A stretch of DNA of 63,996 nucleotides, filler included, from Aduncisulcus paluster (taxonomy: Eukaryota), in assembly GCA_024181965.1 (NCBI GenBank). It is 12 parts of 12 records of this genome, joined end to end, with 100 filler letters (N's around TTAATTAATTAA, not from the genome) between each part and the next. Parts side by side here need not be neighbours in the genome. Positions count along the whole stretch, not along the records: positions 10,118 to 13,015 come from BQXS01011820.1; positions 13,116 to 15,222 come from BQXS01011822.1; positions 15,323 to 27,036 come from BQXS01011823.1; 9 more parts are not named here. One strand, given 5' to 3'. Position numbers and translations under genes: made by a program. Position 1 is the stretch's first letter. Each line of letters begins with the position of its first letter. Positions 10,120-21,622 of this stretch are shown piece by piece. The notes under the pieces are model-generated. The model did no database searches and was not told the origin of the DNA. It saw only the letters and a program-made list of their open reading frames with translations.

Positions 10120-11190
10120 AGTAGTTCCTCTGGAGGCGGTCTATTTGGTGGTTCTAGTTCATCTTCATCTTCAGGCGGTGGTTTATTTGGTGGTAGTTCC
10201 AGTAGTTCCTCTGGCGGCGGATTATTCGGTGATTCTGGTTCCTCTTCATCATCAGGCGGTGGTTTGTTTGGAGGTAGTTCTAGCAGCTCATCAGGTGGTG
10301 GATTATTTGGTGATTCTGGTTCATCTTCTTCTTCAGGCGGTGGTTTATTTGGTGGTAGTTCCAGTAGTTCCTCTGGCGGCGGATTATTCGGTGATTCTGG
10401 TTCCTCTTCATCATCAGGCGGTGGTTTGTTTGGAGGTAGTTCTAGCAGCTCATCAGGTGGTGGATTATTTGGTGATTCTGGTTCATCTTCCTCTTCAGGT
10501 GGTGGTTTGTTTGGAGGTAGTTCCAGTAGTTCCTCTGGCGGTGGTCTTTTTGGCTCTTCTTCTTCCTCCAATGGAGATCTCTTTGGTTCCAGTGATAGCA
10601 AGAGTTCTGGTGGTGGATTGTTTGGCGATTCTTCCGATAATCGCAAGACCTCATATAAAGTTGAACCGCCAGATGTACCCAAAGCAAAGAATACTCCACT
10701 CAAATTTGAGGTTCTTCCTTCTTCTTCCGCCAATCCTGTTATCGAAACCGATTTGGATTCTATTCTTGGCATTGACCTCTCAAAATGGAAAAAAACCACC
10801 GAAGAGGATTTATACACGTCAACTACAAAGAAAGAAACAACGTCTTCACCAACTTCCTCGGCTTCTTCTTCTTCTTCTTCCTCTCCCACCACTGGTTCTT
10901 CCTTGTTCGGCGGAAGCAGTTTATTTGGAGGAAAAGAGAAGAAAAAGGACGAACCTACAAAAGAATCTTCTTCTTCTCTCCTCTCTTCTTCTCTTTTCTC
11001 GACGACACCCAAGCTCGACACAAAGAAAAAAGAATCTGAATCCACTTCCAAACCATCCAAGGATGATAAATGGAAGCAATATGAATCAATTATCGTATCT
11101 CGAGGTGCCTCAACCTCCTCTTCGACCAAAGAACTTAGTTCCCTTCAGAAATTGTTAATATCTCATTTGGTATCAATGGATAAAAAATGA
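10120..11190 (+). CDS. GLFG/Ser-rich repeat protein (FG-nucleoporin-like), 5'-partial
   Basis: Tandem GGGLFG(G/D)SxSSSSS units, later SLFG motifs and a K/E/S-rich tail; open from the contig start to TGA 11190. Confidence 0.6.
   Translation, partial: SSSSGGGLFGGSSSSSSSGGGLFGGSSSSSSGGGLFGDSGSSSSSGGGLFGGSSSSSSGGGLFGDSGSSSSSGGGLFGGSSSSSSGGGLFGDSGSSSSSGGGLFGGSSSSSSGGGLFGDSGSSSSSGGGLFGGSSSSSSGGGLFGSSSSSNGDLFGSSDSKSSGGGLFGDSSDNRKTSYKVEPPDVPKAKNTPLKFEVLPSSSANPVIETDLDSILGIDLSKWKKTTEEDLYTSTTKKETTSSPTSSASSSSSSSPTTGSSLFGGSSLFGGKEKKKDEPTKESSSSLLSSSLFSTTPKLDTKKKESESTSKPSKDDKWKQYESIIVSRGASTSSSTKELSSLQKLLISHLVSMDKK
10174..10540 (+). repeat. Coding minisatellite: 39/42-nt units in a 162-nt higher-order repeat
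   Basis: Sequence from 10174 recurs near-identically from 10336 (four GLFG units, 54 aa). Confidence 0.85.
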
Positions 11191-12544
11191 GACAAAATTC
11201 AATTTCTCAAGGCTTCATTAGTTTTTTTTTTATATATTTAAAATCACAATAGATATAATATAAAGTTTAAAGGATATATTTTCTCGCCTATTATTCTTCA
11301 TTATAAAATTATATAAGTTTGATACTATCAATTCTTAGTAAGAATCTCAATCATCAATCCTTTAATTTTTTTCATAAATAGCAATCTTTATCATTGATTA
11401 TTTTTTCTCAAATGACATATGCAACGAATGTAAGATCAAAATGTTGAATTGACAAAATAATTGTCTTGTGTTTCACAACTCTGATATATCAATGAAGAAT
11501 GTGGTGCCCTACGGCGTTATTTTTATTATTCATCAATAATATAGACAAATAGTAATAATAAATTTAGAGAGAACCTATTTAGATCTAAGAAGAATCAAAA
11601 CTTCAAGGCTTCAAGTACAATGGGAAATAATCATTTTTCATATACCATATTACGATATTACAAATATATATACATTTTTAATAATGATTTAAAATTTCAT
11701 TGTCAATATATTGCCAACAAATTTTAAATGGCCGATTTGACGCTAAACTACGATTTTTCTGATGATAATTTAAATGATCATTACTTTAAGAAAGGATATG
11801 TGTACGCGTGTTTATGATGTCGTATTTGTTATTACATCTCTCATTCAAAAATTAATCCGTATTGCCCACAATTTCACAACTGAGCATCAAATAGGCTCAA
11901 GTACAGACTCACTTGATTGTATTCCCTCTATAGATTGAAAGATATGGCAGATCTTTTCTCCTCTGAACAGTATAACAATATAATACCGTGTATATTAATT
12001 TACGTATCTGATGATACTCTTAGCCAAAAGGAAAAGATATATTTAGTTACCTCATGAATAGACTCAGTTATTAATGTAAAGAAACCCGGGCTATAATGAA
12101 CTTATTGGTGCTTTGTTGACTTGGACTGGAAGAACACCATATGTATATATATCTAGTTAAAATATTCGATTTCTTCTTTGATTTGCTTGCCCTTTGCTTA
12201 TAGGTTATATTCATCGCTTAGAATACGACAAATTAAGACAAATAAGATTCGAAACATCCTCTTTGAGAAATTTCAATCTTGAGGGAAACATACAATTCGA
12301 TTAATTCCAAAATATAAAATATAAAAATGACTATATATTGCTTCAATTATTTTATTGTGATTTTTCTTTTCCTCTTTTTTTTTCATCTTTTTCATCTGCG
12401 CCAATGTTGGGATTGATTTGATTTGATTTAATAAATTTGTCGACCCGTGGATAATTTTTATAAAGTTTTATTCACGATTAACAATAATTATTGTTAACAT
12501 TAATATTTTTGTGAATCTTATTCGTTTTATTTTCTAAAATAGTG

Positions 12545-13015
12545 ATGATTCCCAGAACTCCTATTCCCAGCGCGAACCCACCTGGTGGCCAACCTCAGAT
12601 GACGATCTGGGGCTCTGCCCTTTCAACAGAAGCAGATTTAGCTGCTCTCATTAAGAAAAATGAACAACAAATAACCACTCTCGCATCATCAGTCGAAAAG
12701 CTTATGAAGATGATGGAGACAATGGTGCAACAGAACGATTCTTTGAGACAAGAACAGATTAGAATTAGAGAAGATATAATATCTTCGTCAGAAGAATCAG
12801 AACGTAGTCAGCCTGATGAACCCAGTCATCACTCAGAAAAGGATGATAGACTCACTGCTGATGATTTACGACCCACCGATCCACATGAATCTTTATTTAA
12901 AGAAGATCCAAGTCCTCCCAATCCATTCACATCCTCTAATCACCACATTGAGCCTCCTGTCCTGAAGAAGATTAATGTGAAGGAGTATGAGGTTTTTATT
13001 TCTGACCACAAGGCT
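12545..13015 (+). CDS. Hypothetical coiled-coil protein, 3'-partial; possibly retrotransposon Gag-like
   Basis: Coiled coil, disordered P/S/D/E linker, then PPVLKKINVKEYEVFISDHKA at the contig end; preceded by about 1.3 kb of gene-free AT-rich DNA. Confidence 0.4.
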
Positions 13016-13115
13016 NNNNNNNNNNNNNNNNNNNNNNNNNNNNNNNNNNNNNNNNNNNNTTAATTAATTAANNNNNNNNNNNNNNNNNNNNNNNNNNNNN
13101 NNNNNNNNNNNNNNN

Positions 13116-15222
13116 GGCATCACAGTGTCATCAACACTCAATTTAGGATCGTTATCAACAGAAGAGAACAGGCTGGACGATGGAGACACAGGATAAGATG
13201 ATTCTGCAAAACCTTTCTTCTGTCTCAATGCTTCTTGAGCCTCTTGACGTTCCAACTCCTCTTCCTTTCTCCTCTCCACCTCTTCTTGTTTCTTCCTCTC
13301 TCTCTCGGCCTGACGCCTCTCTTTCCAGCATAACTGGATAATCATCTCCTTCTTGGATCTGATGGAAACAATCCCGTCGGCAATAGAACATTTCTGCAGG
13401 GAATAGCCAATGGTCTCACGAGAAGCACGGTCCAACATATCGATCAAGAGGGCAAGCGAGAAGAGAAGACAAGAGATCGAGGGAAGGGACGTTAACGGAA
13501 CAGGAGGGAGAAGAGACATGGGTGGAGGAGGAGGGGGAGGAGGAACAGATGTATTGTTGCCAGACTCAAGAACCTCCTTCTCTTCCTTCTCTTCCTTCTC
13601 ATCCTTCTCTTCCTTCTCAGTGGCTTCTTGTTGAGAAATATCCATCTTATCCTTTTCTTCAGGAGGAACAAATAGAGCACACAAAAGCTTCACAAAATAC
13701 ATTAGAATTGTTTTGTAGTAATCTTCACTTCCGAGACGTTTAATAGTAAAGAAAAACAATTTAATCGCACTGACAACTATCTTACGCTTGTATCTGCTTT
13801 CACAATACATCCCACTCAAAAACACATCAAAGAGTCTTCTCAAAACATTATTATCAGGGCCAACTAAATGAAACACAGCCCAAATGGCATATAAATAGGA
13901 GGAATGAGAAAGTTTGAAAGATGATCCATTTATAGAACAACTTCTATTAATATCCACTCCATCGATTTGATCGTCACAAACCGGTTGATTATCATCATCA
14001 TTCCACACGAGTTCCTCAATGGTTTTAGAAGTCACATTCTTCATAATGAATGACTTTATAATACCCTTTAATGAACCGATTCCAATTTTTATCATCTTTC
14101 TCATTCGTACAGAAATAGACATACATTGTTCGAGGTATCTGCGAGTGAACGAAAGCGTTGAAAAGAGAGCCGATGAAGAAGAATCCTTGGAATCAATATC
14201 CTCGACTTCTGGAGTAACAATTGCGAGACAAAACTCAAGGCTTTTCACAATGGAGGAGAGAGCGTTCAGGATATTCTCTTTCATTACAAATATAAGAGGA
14301 ACAAGAACGTCCAAGCAACCTGAGGAATCAGATGTGGCTATTTTTGGAACTTTCTCATCCATGATTGACTTAATCTGATGCAAATAACCCATTAGCAAAT
14401 GCCGTATCGAGAGAGTATTCATGCATGCCTTCACGTTGGCAGTCCCATTTTCTATCATATCCGTAACCACTTTAAAAGTGACTTCACAAAGAGTATCAAA
14501 AGACTCAAAGAATTCATCGACAGAGTCAGAGTCAGAGGGAAAAGAAAGAATAATGGGGTGCAGAAGCAAAAGTGAAGGAATGACGAGAGAAGAAGATATA
14601 GAAGGAGAAAAAGAAGCATCTTCCTCTTGTTCTTCCTTCTCTGTTCCTTCTCTCTCTTTTCCTTCTCTCTCTGGTTCCATTCCTTCTTCCACCTTCTCTT
14701 CCTTCTCTACCTTCTCTTCCTCTTCCTCTTCTTCTTTCTCTTCTTTCACTTCCTTGTGTGTCAATGTCTCTCTCCACTCCAAAAGCATTGCAATTACACT
14801 CTTTGCCTCATCAATACAGACCTGCTCGGCTACAGTCGAAGCATATTCAGAGGAGCTACACTGTGCAAGGAAAATGGACAACCCTTCCAGCAAGGAAATA
14901 CACTGTTCTTGACCATTCTCTTCACCATCCTTCCTATTCTTTTTAAGAATCATCAATTGTTCCACCAATGTAGAATCCATCTTCTCATCCTCTTCTTCAT
15001 TATGTGTAGCTTCCCCCCCACTTCTTTCCATCTTGTTCTTCATTTTGTTATAATGAATGTTGCAGAGTTGTCCAGGGTGAGAAAGAAACGAGAGGTGATC
15101 GAGATGAACAGCATTTCTCATTTTCCCTCCATCACCTCCATATGTCCACACCCTTTCAACGCCATCCAGAGAAACTACGTTAACGAGAAGATCGATCATG
15201 TCCCGAGTATTCATGTTGACAT
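13116..15222 (-). CDS. Hypothetical alpha-helical protein with acidic insertions, partial at both ends
   Basis: One open frame across the whole contig (about 700 aa). Confidence 0.7.
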
Positions 15223-15322
15223 NNNNNNNNNNNNNNNNNNNNNNNNNNNNNNNNNNNNNNNNNNNNTTAATTAATTAANNNNNNNNNNNNNNNNNNNNNN
15301 NNNNNNNNNNNNNNNNNNNNNN

Positions 15323-16825
15323 GGAAGATATCACAGTCCCACCGGGAGAAACACAACGAACAGATGTATCTCCAAGCCCAGATTGTTCTTCCTCGGCATC
15401 CATTAAGCTTATCATAGCAGACACATCAACCATTTTGTTTTTCTCGGCTTCAGCTTTGATATCAAGGAGATCGGCTTGCTTCTTGCTTGGTTTAGATGAT
15501 CTATGATGTTTGGTGGAATTCTTAGATTTCTTCCTGGAACTAGAAGACGTTTTGCTAGAGCCAGTGATCGAAGCGGAGCCAAGAATTGATTCAAGATCAT
15601 ATTTTCCACCTCCTCTTCCTCTTCCTCTTCCTCTTCCTTTTCCTCTTCCTCTTACTTCTTCTTCCTCTTCTTTCCCATCTGAACCTTCACTGTCCTCACC
15701 AAAGAGATCAAGAAGAGTGGCATCATCTTCGTCATCATCTTTCTCAGTATCTAAATGTAGATCATGGGGAAATACCGCATCCTGAGTTATAGAGTTAATC
15801 AAATTGTGGCGAACAATGCCGATTCGTGTGTGTCCGATCTGAATAATCATTGGATTTCCACAAAACTCGAGACTTCTGACAACTCGTTGAAGAGGTGCAA
15901 TAATAGGCTCGAACATAGGGAACAGAGGGAACACTCCAGGGAACGGAGTGGGGTCGTGAGGGCCTGGCACAATGATAAAGTGTGAGCGCTGACAATATAA
16001 TTTGTTTTTGGAGACAATGGTTGCCAATTTGGTGAATAATTGAATATAAAACTCTGATATGCTTAGAACCTCACTCGAGGGGGACATATATTGGCGAGAC
16101 TCGAGAACTCGGCTGGCTAATTCAGAACCTTCGCCTTCAACGGCAAATTTGCTGAAATTACCGGTAAGAACCGTCACTTCTGGAACAAACGCACTCTTCT
16201 CGCATTTAGTAAAATATTTATCTAGTAGATTGAAGGTTTTATCGTCATCTAACCAACATTCACAGAGAACTGCAACTGTGGAATCATCAGGAAGAGGGAG
16301 TTTTGAACGAAGGCAGGAAGGAATGTGTTTTTTGAGGCTAACAACCAATGGATCACCACTAGATCCATATTTGGCATTAATTTCGGTCCTTGTTATTGAC
16401 GGTGGCTCCGCAAGTGGGACAGTCATTCGCCGGACTACAAATTTTTTCGATAGTAAATCCATTTTGCCTTCTGCTATTATAATAATATTATTTGCGATAG
16501 TTCCTTCTTTTATAATTGTTTCTGAGTATAATTGTAACTCTATTTTCCCAGTTTCATCCTCAACGACTAAAACTCTTTCTCCTGCTTCATCCCATGAGAG
16601 GTGGATATATCCCATAATAATATCAATTTTATCGGCTTCAGATAAAGAAAGAGAACGAATAAATGAAATCTTTAATTGCTCTTCTTGACCTAAAAACAAA
16701 CTCATCATATCTTCATTCATTTCTAGACTTTTTATCCTCAATCGGTGACTTTCTCTTAATGTTGTTGTGCGTATTAATTTCAATTTCTTCGTGAGTAAAC
16801 CGTCCTCTTTCATCCTTGCTCCCAA
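15323..16825 (-). CDS. POLE2: DNA polymerase epsilon subunit 2 (Dpb2), 3'-partial
   Basis: VEDETGKIEL, IIIAEG, VLCECWLD, VLTGNFS, FIIVPGPHDP, CGNPMIIQ match POLE2 LEDPTGTVQL, FLSDVWLD, ILCGNFS, FVFVPGPEDP, TTNPCRIQ; exact start uncertain (first ATG 16813). Confidence 0.85.
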
Positions 16826-16981
16826 TCAGCTGTTATTTTTTTATTGGTGAAACTGGGAAACTATACACTACTTCAAATTCCATTACTATATTGATTATCA
16901 ATTTTAAAGCAAAATAATAGATACTTTCTTTTCAGATAGTGAGAATCTACGCTCTACAGAATGTTACGGTTTTTGACCACA

Positions 16982-18751
16982 ATGGAGGATCCTGATGATG
17001 TTGTAGTGGAAATAGATGTATTTCTTAATCAGAGATACGAAGGAAAATTGGATTTATTTCAATATCCATTACGTCCTAGTTGGCATGGATATTCAATGAG
17101 TGAATTGGATTCTATTCAACTTCGTCCTTCGGATCATAGCATTAAACTTGAATTAAATAGAAAAACATCTGATGATAATTATAATGATGATCACGAATAT
17201 CAAGAGCCATCATTTGTTTTGTCTTCAAGAGAAGTTCCCCATTCTACAAATTATGCACTTGGTTATTTTACAAAAGAAGGAAAAGAATTGCATTTATCTC
17301 CAGTATCAAGGGTGTTACAATTTAGACCTGATCTTTCCTACGTTGATAAACGGGCTGAAATGGAAGATGAGACATTGGCAAAGGAAGAAGAAGAAGATCA
17401 AGACAAACAAATTGATTTCGCGTCCTCACATTTAATTACTCCCATAGTTACTCATAAAGAAGAAGAAACACCCCCTCTTAAAGATACAGATTATCGTCCC
17501 ATAGCTTTTCATTCCAGTGCCTCTAAGGCTGCAGAGAGGGCTCGAGATGGTCTTATTAGTGCAGGTGTTGGTGATTTGCCAAATGCTGTGCATCCCAATG
17601 CCTATTTGAATGCCCTAAAACCTCCCACTATTCGTGTTACTTCTTCCACTTCTTTCGTCCATACAGAACTCACAAAAGCACAACTCAGGGCAATGTCTGC
17701 GGAACAACAAGTTTTAGAGCTTCTCAAACGTCGTCACGTGATGAAATTTGATATGCTCAGACAGCTCTGCACATCCGCTCGCACACCCAATGATCTTCTC
17801 AAGACTCTGAAGCGTCACGCTCTTCTTGTCCATGGAGTGTGGGTTGTATCGAGTAGGCACGTTGTCTCCGAGCATCTCATTCCCTTCCGGAACTATCTTC
17901 TTCTTCTTTTCAGCAAGAACACGGTTGTGAGCCGTCGTAAGTTTATTGATGCGACTTCTCTGCCTGCCCACGAGACAAGGGAATTGTTTTGTCAGCTTTC
18001 CGAGTATAAATCCGGTATTGGCTGGGTTTTCCAACAGAAACCCGATACCCATTTTATTACGTCCTACCCTTCTGTAGTAACATCACAGAAACTCCAATGG
18101 ATCAACAATAGCCAGCTTATTATTGATAAACTCAAGACTGCAAAGATCCAATTGATCGAACGTGAGGCTCAGAAAGAGGAAGGAGTTATCACACCTTCAT
18201 TGAGAACTCCATCGTATCTCCTCTCTCCCTCACAACGACTCTCACCAGTGACACTGACTGATATCGCCCCTTTGAGTGAGACGGAGGGACTCAGTGAAGA
18301 CGTATCTGCTAGGGAATTTCAGGAAGAAGAGCAACGAGGCAGCAGTAGCACACAAATTCAAACTTCTGAGGAGAAAGAGGAAGAGGAGGAAGAGGAAGAA
18401 GCTGCCTCCGCTGGCAAGGCTACCAAGAAAGGAGTTTCTCACAAAACTTCTAAAAATAGAAACACTAAAAAGGATGAGGAGATAGATGAAGATGCAACCA
18501 CCGACGATGATGAAGAAGATGATGAAGAAGAAAGTGAAGAAGAAGATTCTGAAGATGTTATTGAGGTTGAACCTGTTGAATTACCAAAACAAGAGATTAT
18601 TGTTCCAGACCACTCCAAGGAGCCACAAGAAAAGAAAGATGCTGGGAAAGCTTTGCTTGAGAGTGTCAGAGATAGTCTTCTTGGAGGTGCAACAAAACCC
18701 TCAAAGAAAAAGAAGATTGTAAAGAAGAAGAAGAAAAGTGGATCTCTGTAA
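16982..18751 (+). CDS. POLR3E: RNA polymerase III subunit RPC5/C37 (Sin_N domain)
   Basis: MEDPDDVVVEIDVFL...LDLFQYPLRP; NYALGYF..ELHLSPVSRVLQFRPDLSYVDK; ALLVHGVWVVSS; alternative start ATG 16961. Confidence 0.85.
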   Translation: MEDPDDVVVEIDVFLNQRYEGKLDLFQYPLRPSWHGYSMSELDSIQLRPSDHSIKLELNRKTSDDNYNDDHEYQEPSFVLSSREVPHSTNYALGYFTKEGKELHLSPVSRVLQFRPDLSYVDKRAEMEDETLAKEEEEDQDKQIDFASSHLITPIVTHKEEETPPLKDTDYRPIAFHSSASKAAERARDGLISAGVGDLPNAVHPNAYLNALKPPTIRVTSSTSFVHTELTKAQLRAMSAEQQVLELLKRRHVMKFDMLRQLCTSARTPNDLLKTLKRHALLVHGVWVVSSRHVVSEHLIPFRNYLLLLFSKNTVVSRRKFIDATSLPAHETRELFCQLSEYKSGIGWVFQQKPDTHFITSYPSVVTSQKLQWINNSQLIIDKLKTAKIQLIEREAQKEEGVITPSLRTPSYLLSPSQRLSPVTLTDIAPLSETEGLSEDVSAREFQEEEQRGSSSTQIQTSEEKEEEEEEEEAASAGKATKKGVSHKTSKNRNTKKDEEIDEDATTDDDEEDDEEESEEEDSEDVIEVEPVELPKQEIIVPDHSKEPQEKKDAGKALLESVRDSLLGGATKPSKKKKIVKKKKKSGSL

Positions 18752-19124
18752 GTAAGTGTTCAAATTTCGAGAATATTGAGAAAACAAGGTTTACCACTGG
18801 AAAGTTCTTGCCTTTTTTCACCGAGCCTTTAGCTTTTTTATTGCACAACATTAGGTCCAAATATTATTAAATTTTTTAAAAAAAAGAATTAAAAAATGAA
18901 GTGAAAGTGAATTAAAAAATGAATAATCTGAAAATATCAGAGAATTTTCTGAACGGGAAGAATGATAAAATCATTTTGGACGATTAAAGAAAGCCTGGCT
19001 TTGGACAATATTGTTAACGAAACACAATAAAGACACCGGTCTATAATTTCTTTGATCGCGTTATTGCTTTGCAAAGCAATACTTTGTAAGAGAATGACAT
19101 ATGATACATTTTTGTCTAGAATTT

Positions 19125-19697
19125 CTAGAACCAAGGTGAAATTGACAACTTCTCGATGGTTGCAAGTTCATGTTCTTCTTGGGCTTTGATTCGATCGATT
19201 TCACTTTGTCGTTCCTTGTCAATAAGGAATCTGATCCCATGCAAATTAATCCAGTTATTTTTGCCATCTAATGAAGAGATGACATGGAAATCACAAGAAA
19301 CAACATTGGGAATGTCAATTGGGAATTCTTGCCAGAAATACTCATACGGAGATGTCTCTGCCATTTGATATTCTTTTGTTATCTTCTTTCCATCTGAAGT
19401 GGTGAATGTGGCATCGAAATCTTTGATTCCATTCAGCCAAATGTGATGACTAACAACAAACTTGCTGAGACAAAGTGGTGAGATGAATGGAAGATGTAAG
19501 TTGGGAAAGAAGAAGATGTTTCTTTCACTTTTTAAGAACTTCAAAAAGTCAGAATGCTTATCACCATGATAAAAATCTCCATGAGCTTTAGATCCATCAA
19601 TTTCAGATAGATCAGAATGTCCAACAGGATAGGGACCCGAAAAAATCTTAATAAAATCATCCGCTGAATCCACAATAATTTTCCCAACACTCTTCAT
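19125..19697 (-). CDS. Hypothetical protein: single copy of the recurrent ~140-aa domain
   Basis: Complete 190-aa ORF, alignable by eye with both domains of 57235-59112. Confidence 0.75.
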   Translation of the reverse strand: MKSVGKIIVDSADDFIKIFSGPYPVGHSDLSEIDGSKAHGDFYHGDKHSDFLKFLKSERNIFFFPNLHLPFISPLCLSKFVVSHHIWLNGIKDFDATFTTSDGKKITKEYQMAETSPYEYFWQEFPIDIPNVVSCDFHVISSLDGKNNWINLHGIRFLIDKERQSEIDRIKAQEEHELATIEKLSISPWF

Positions 19698-20384
19698 TCT
19701 TTACGTATACAATATAAATTGAAAAAAAACGCCAAAATTAAGAAGCGACAATGCAATTACGGCACAATTAACAGAAAAAACAACATCTGGTATTCGAGAT
19801 AGCATTCCAAAAATAGGCTTCTCTAATTCTTGCTTTTTAAGTTGGAAATTTGCATTTGAATATTGATATATGATTAAAGATCATATTATATCTTGTTACC
19901 ATTATTTTTCTTTTTTGCTCGTTGATGGAACTGCCTCTCAAATCAAATTTTTAAAAAAAATGAGGGTGAAATTGCTTATCTTCTTGTGGAGACAAACAGA
20001 GACTAATTAACACAATATCTAAAAATTCTCGGTAATAAAATTTAGAATTTAATTATTTATTATTCGTTTTGCAGTTGTTTCTTTTATATTTTGCCTTCAA
20101 ACTATTCTAGATGGATACTTCAAATATATAATATATTATAAGAGAGAAAAGTTGTTTTTTTTGATGATGGTAGATTGCCGGTTTTGCCATTGGATCCAGC
20201 AATAATATAAAATCGTGTCTGTTCATTGATTGAATGGTAACAAGATAAATTAAAAATTAATTTTATAATAATTGTTATCTTATAAATTTATTTTCATGTT
20301 AATTAGCTTAATTTTATAATGATGGGAAATTCTACTTCTCGATTTTAAGTTGACACTAGATTTGCTGATTATTTTGATAAAAAA

Positions 20385-21500
20385 ATGGATGAATATTTTT
20401 CTATTATACAAAATTTATATATTAACTCGATTAATGATACTGATTTACTTTCTCTTGATTCCTATCTGAACAACATCTTTCATTCAGGAACTTTGGATCT
20501 TAGACAAGTGTATTTCACCGAATATTCTGTCCTAACTTTTCTTTTGCCTCTGTTTAAAAACGAATATTTTCGATCTAATATTCGTCGTGTTATATTTCCT
20601 GAAACCATCGAAGAAAAACAGAAAAGTATGCCCGAATCTGCCGCATACTCTTATAACGGAGAAAGAATATTCCCGATATTTCCAAGTCGTTACCATTCCC
20701 CTCCCCTTTGTTTATTGATTGATATTCAAATTGAACTCTATCAGCTCAGAAGAAACAGCCTTAAAGAATTAATTCAATACTATTTGCCCGAAGAAGAAGA
20801 AGAATTCGATGAGATGTATGCAAATGCATTTTCTTTCACTTCTTCCGGGAAAATTTTTGGTTTATTTTGTGATCAATATTGTTCCTATCCAGATTCTATG
20901 CTCTCCTTCATTCAATTCCTCACCAATGTTAAACAAACTCTGATTCTCCAGAATATCAACTATACAAGCGGTAAACCAACCATTTCAAATGCGAATCGTT
21001 CGTGTCACCGATATGTCTCACCAATTGAATTATATGTTGGAAGCCAGGTCACTTTTTCTAATAGCTTTGATATTCCTTTTTTGTTTGCTGCTTTATGTTC
21101 TGGGCTTACTCAATCCGAGCGAATTGCATATGAAACAAATATGTTCTTCTACAGACCCCTTTTTGGGACTTCTCCTTCTTGTTCTCTAATTTTCAAAGAT
21201 TGTCGTGGAATAATGATCCCCAGAGATCTTGATTATCATCTGTATGAGGCTGTGTATGCCTCTTCAATCCAAAATACGATGTATGTCGATGATGAGCAAC
21301 TTGAACTTATCGTTCATGCAGAAATCGAGCAATCAAGAAGAGAAAAGGATCTTACAAGAGTTAAATTGGAATCTTATATGCCGATTAAGTGGCAAAAACC
21401 CATAAAAGGGGCCTGTTTATCTGGTTCTGGTTCAAATATTATTTTTAATATTCCGCATTGGGTGATTTGGAACAATACGAACACCATAAATCTTTATTAG
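20385..21500 (+). CDS. Hypothetical protein (possibly the 5' part of a split gene)
   Basis: 371-aa ORF; no family recognised. Confidence 0.6.
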   Translation: MDEYFSIIQNLYINSINDTDLLSLDSYLNNIFHSGTLDLRQVYFTEYSVLTFLLPLFKNEYFRSNIRRVIFPETIEEKQKSMPESAAYSYNGERIFPIFPSRYHSPPLCLLIDIQIELYQLRRNSLKELIQYYLPEEEEEFDEMYANAFSFTSSGKIFGLFCDQYCSYPDSMLSFIQFLTNVKQTLILQNINYTSGKPTISNANRSCHRYVSPIELYVGSQVTFSNSFDIPFLFAALCSGLTQSERIAYETNMFFYRPLFGTSPSCSLIFKDCRGIMIPRDLDYHLYEAVYASSIQNTMYVDDEQLELIVHAEIEQSRREKDLTRVKLESYMPIKWQKPIKGACLSGSGSNIIFNIPHWVIWNNTNTINLY

Positions 21501-21622
21501 AATATGCTAATCACAATTGAATAAACCCCCCCGAGTCAAATATTATTTTTAAACGACCTTCTGGAAAATCTCACATTCTTACTCTCACTTCCTGTGTATA
21601 TCATAAATGTGGAGAACATGAA

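Noticed and set aside
10062..11129. 355-aa minus-strand PPPEE repeat ORF and the many other antisense ORFs in the track
   Set aside because: They are mirror frames of low-complexity or biased coding sequence on the opposite strand
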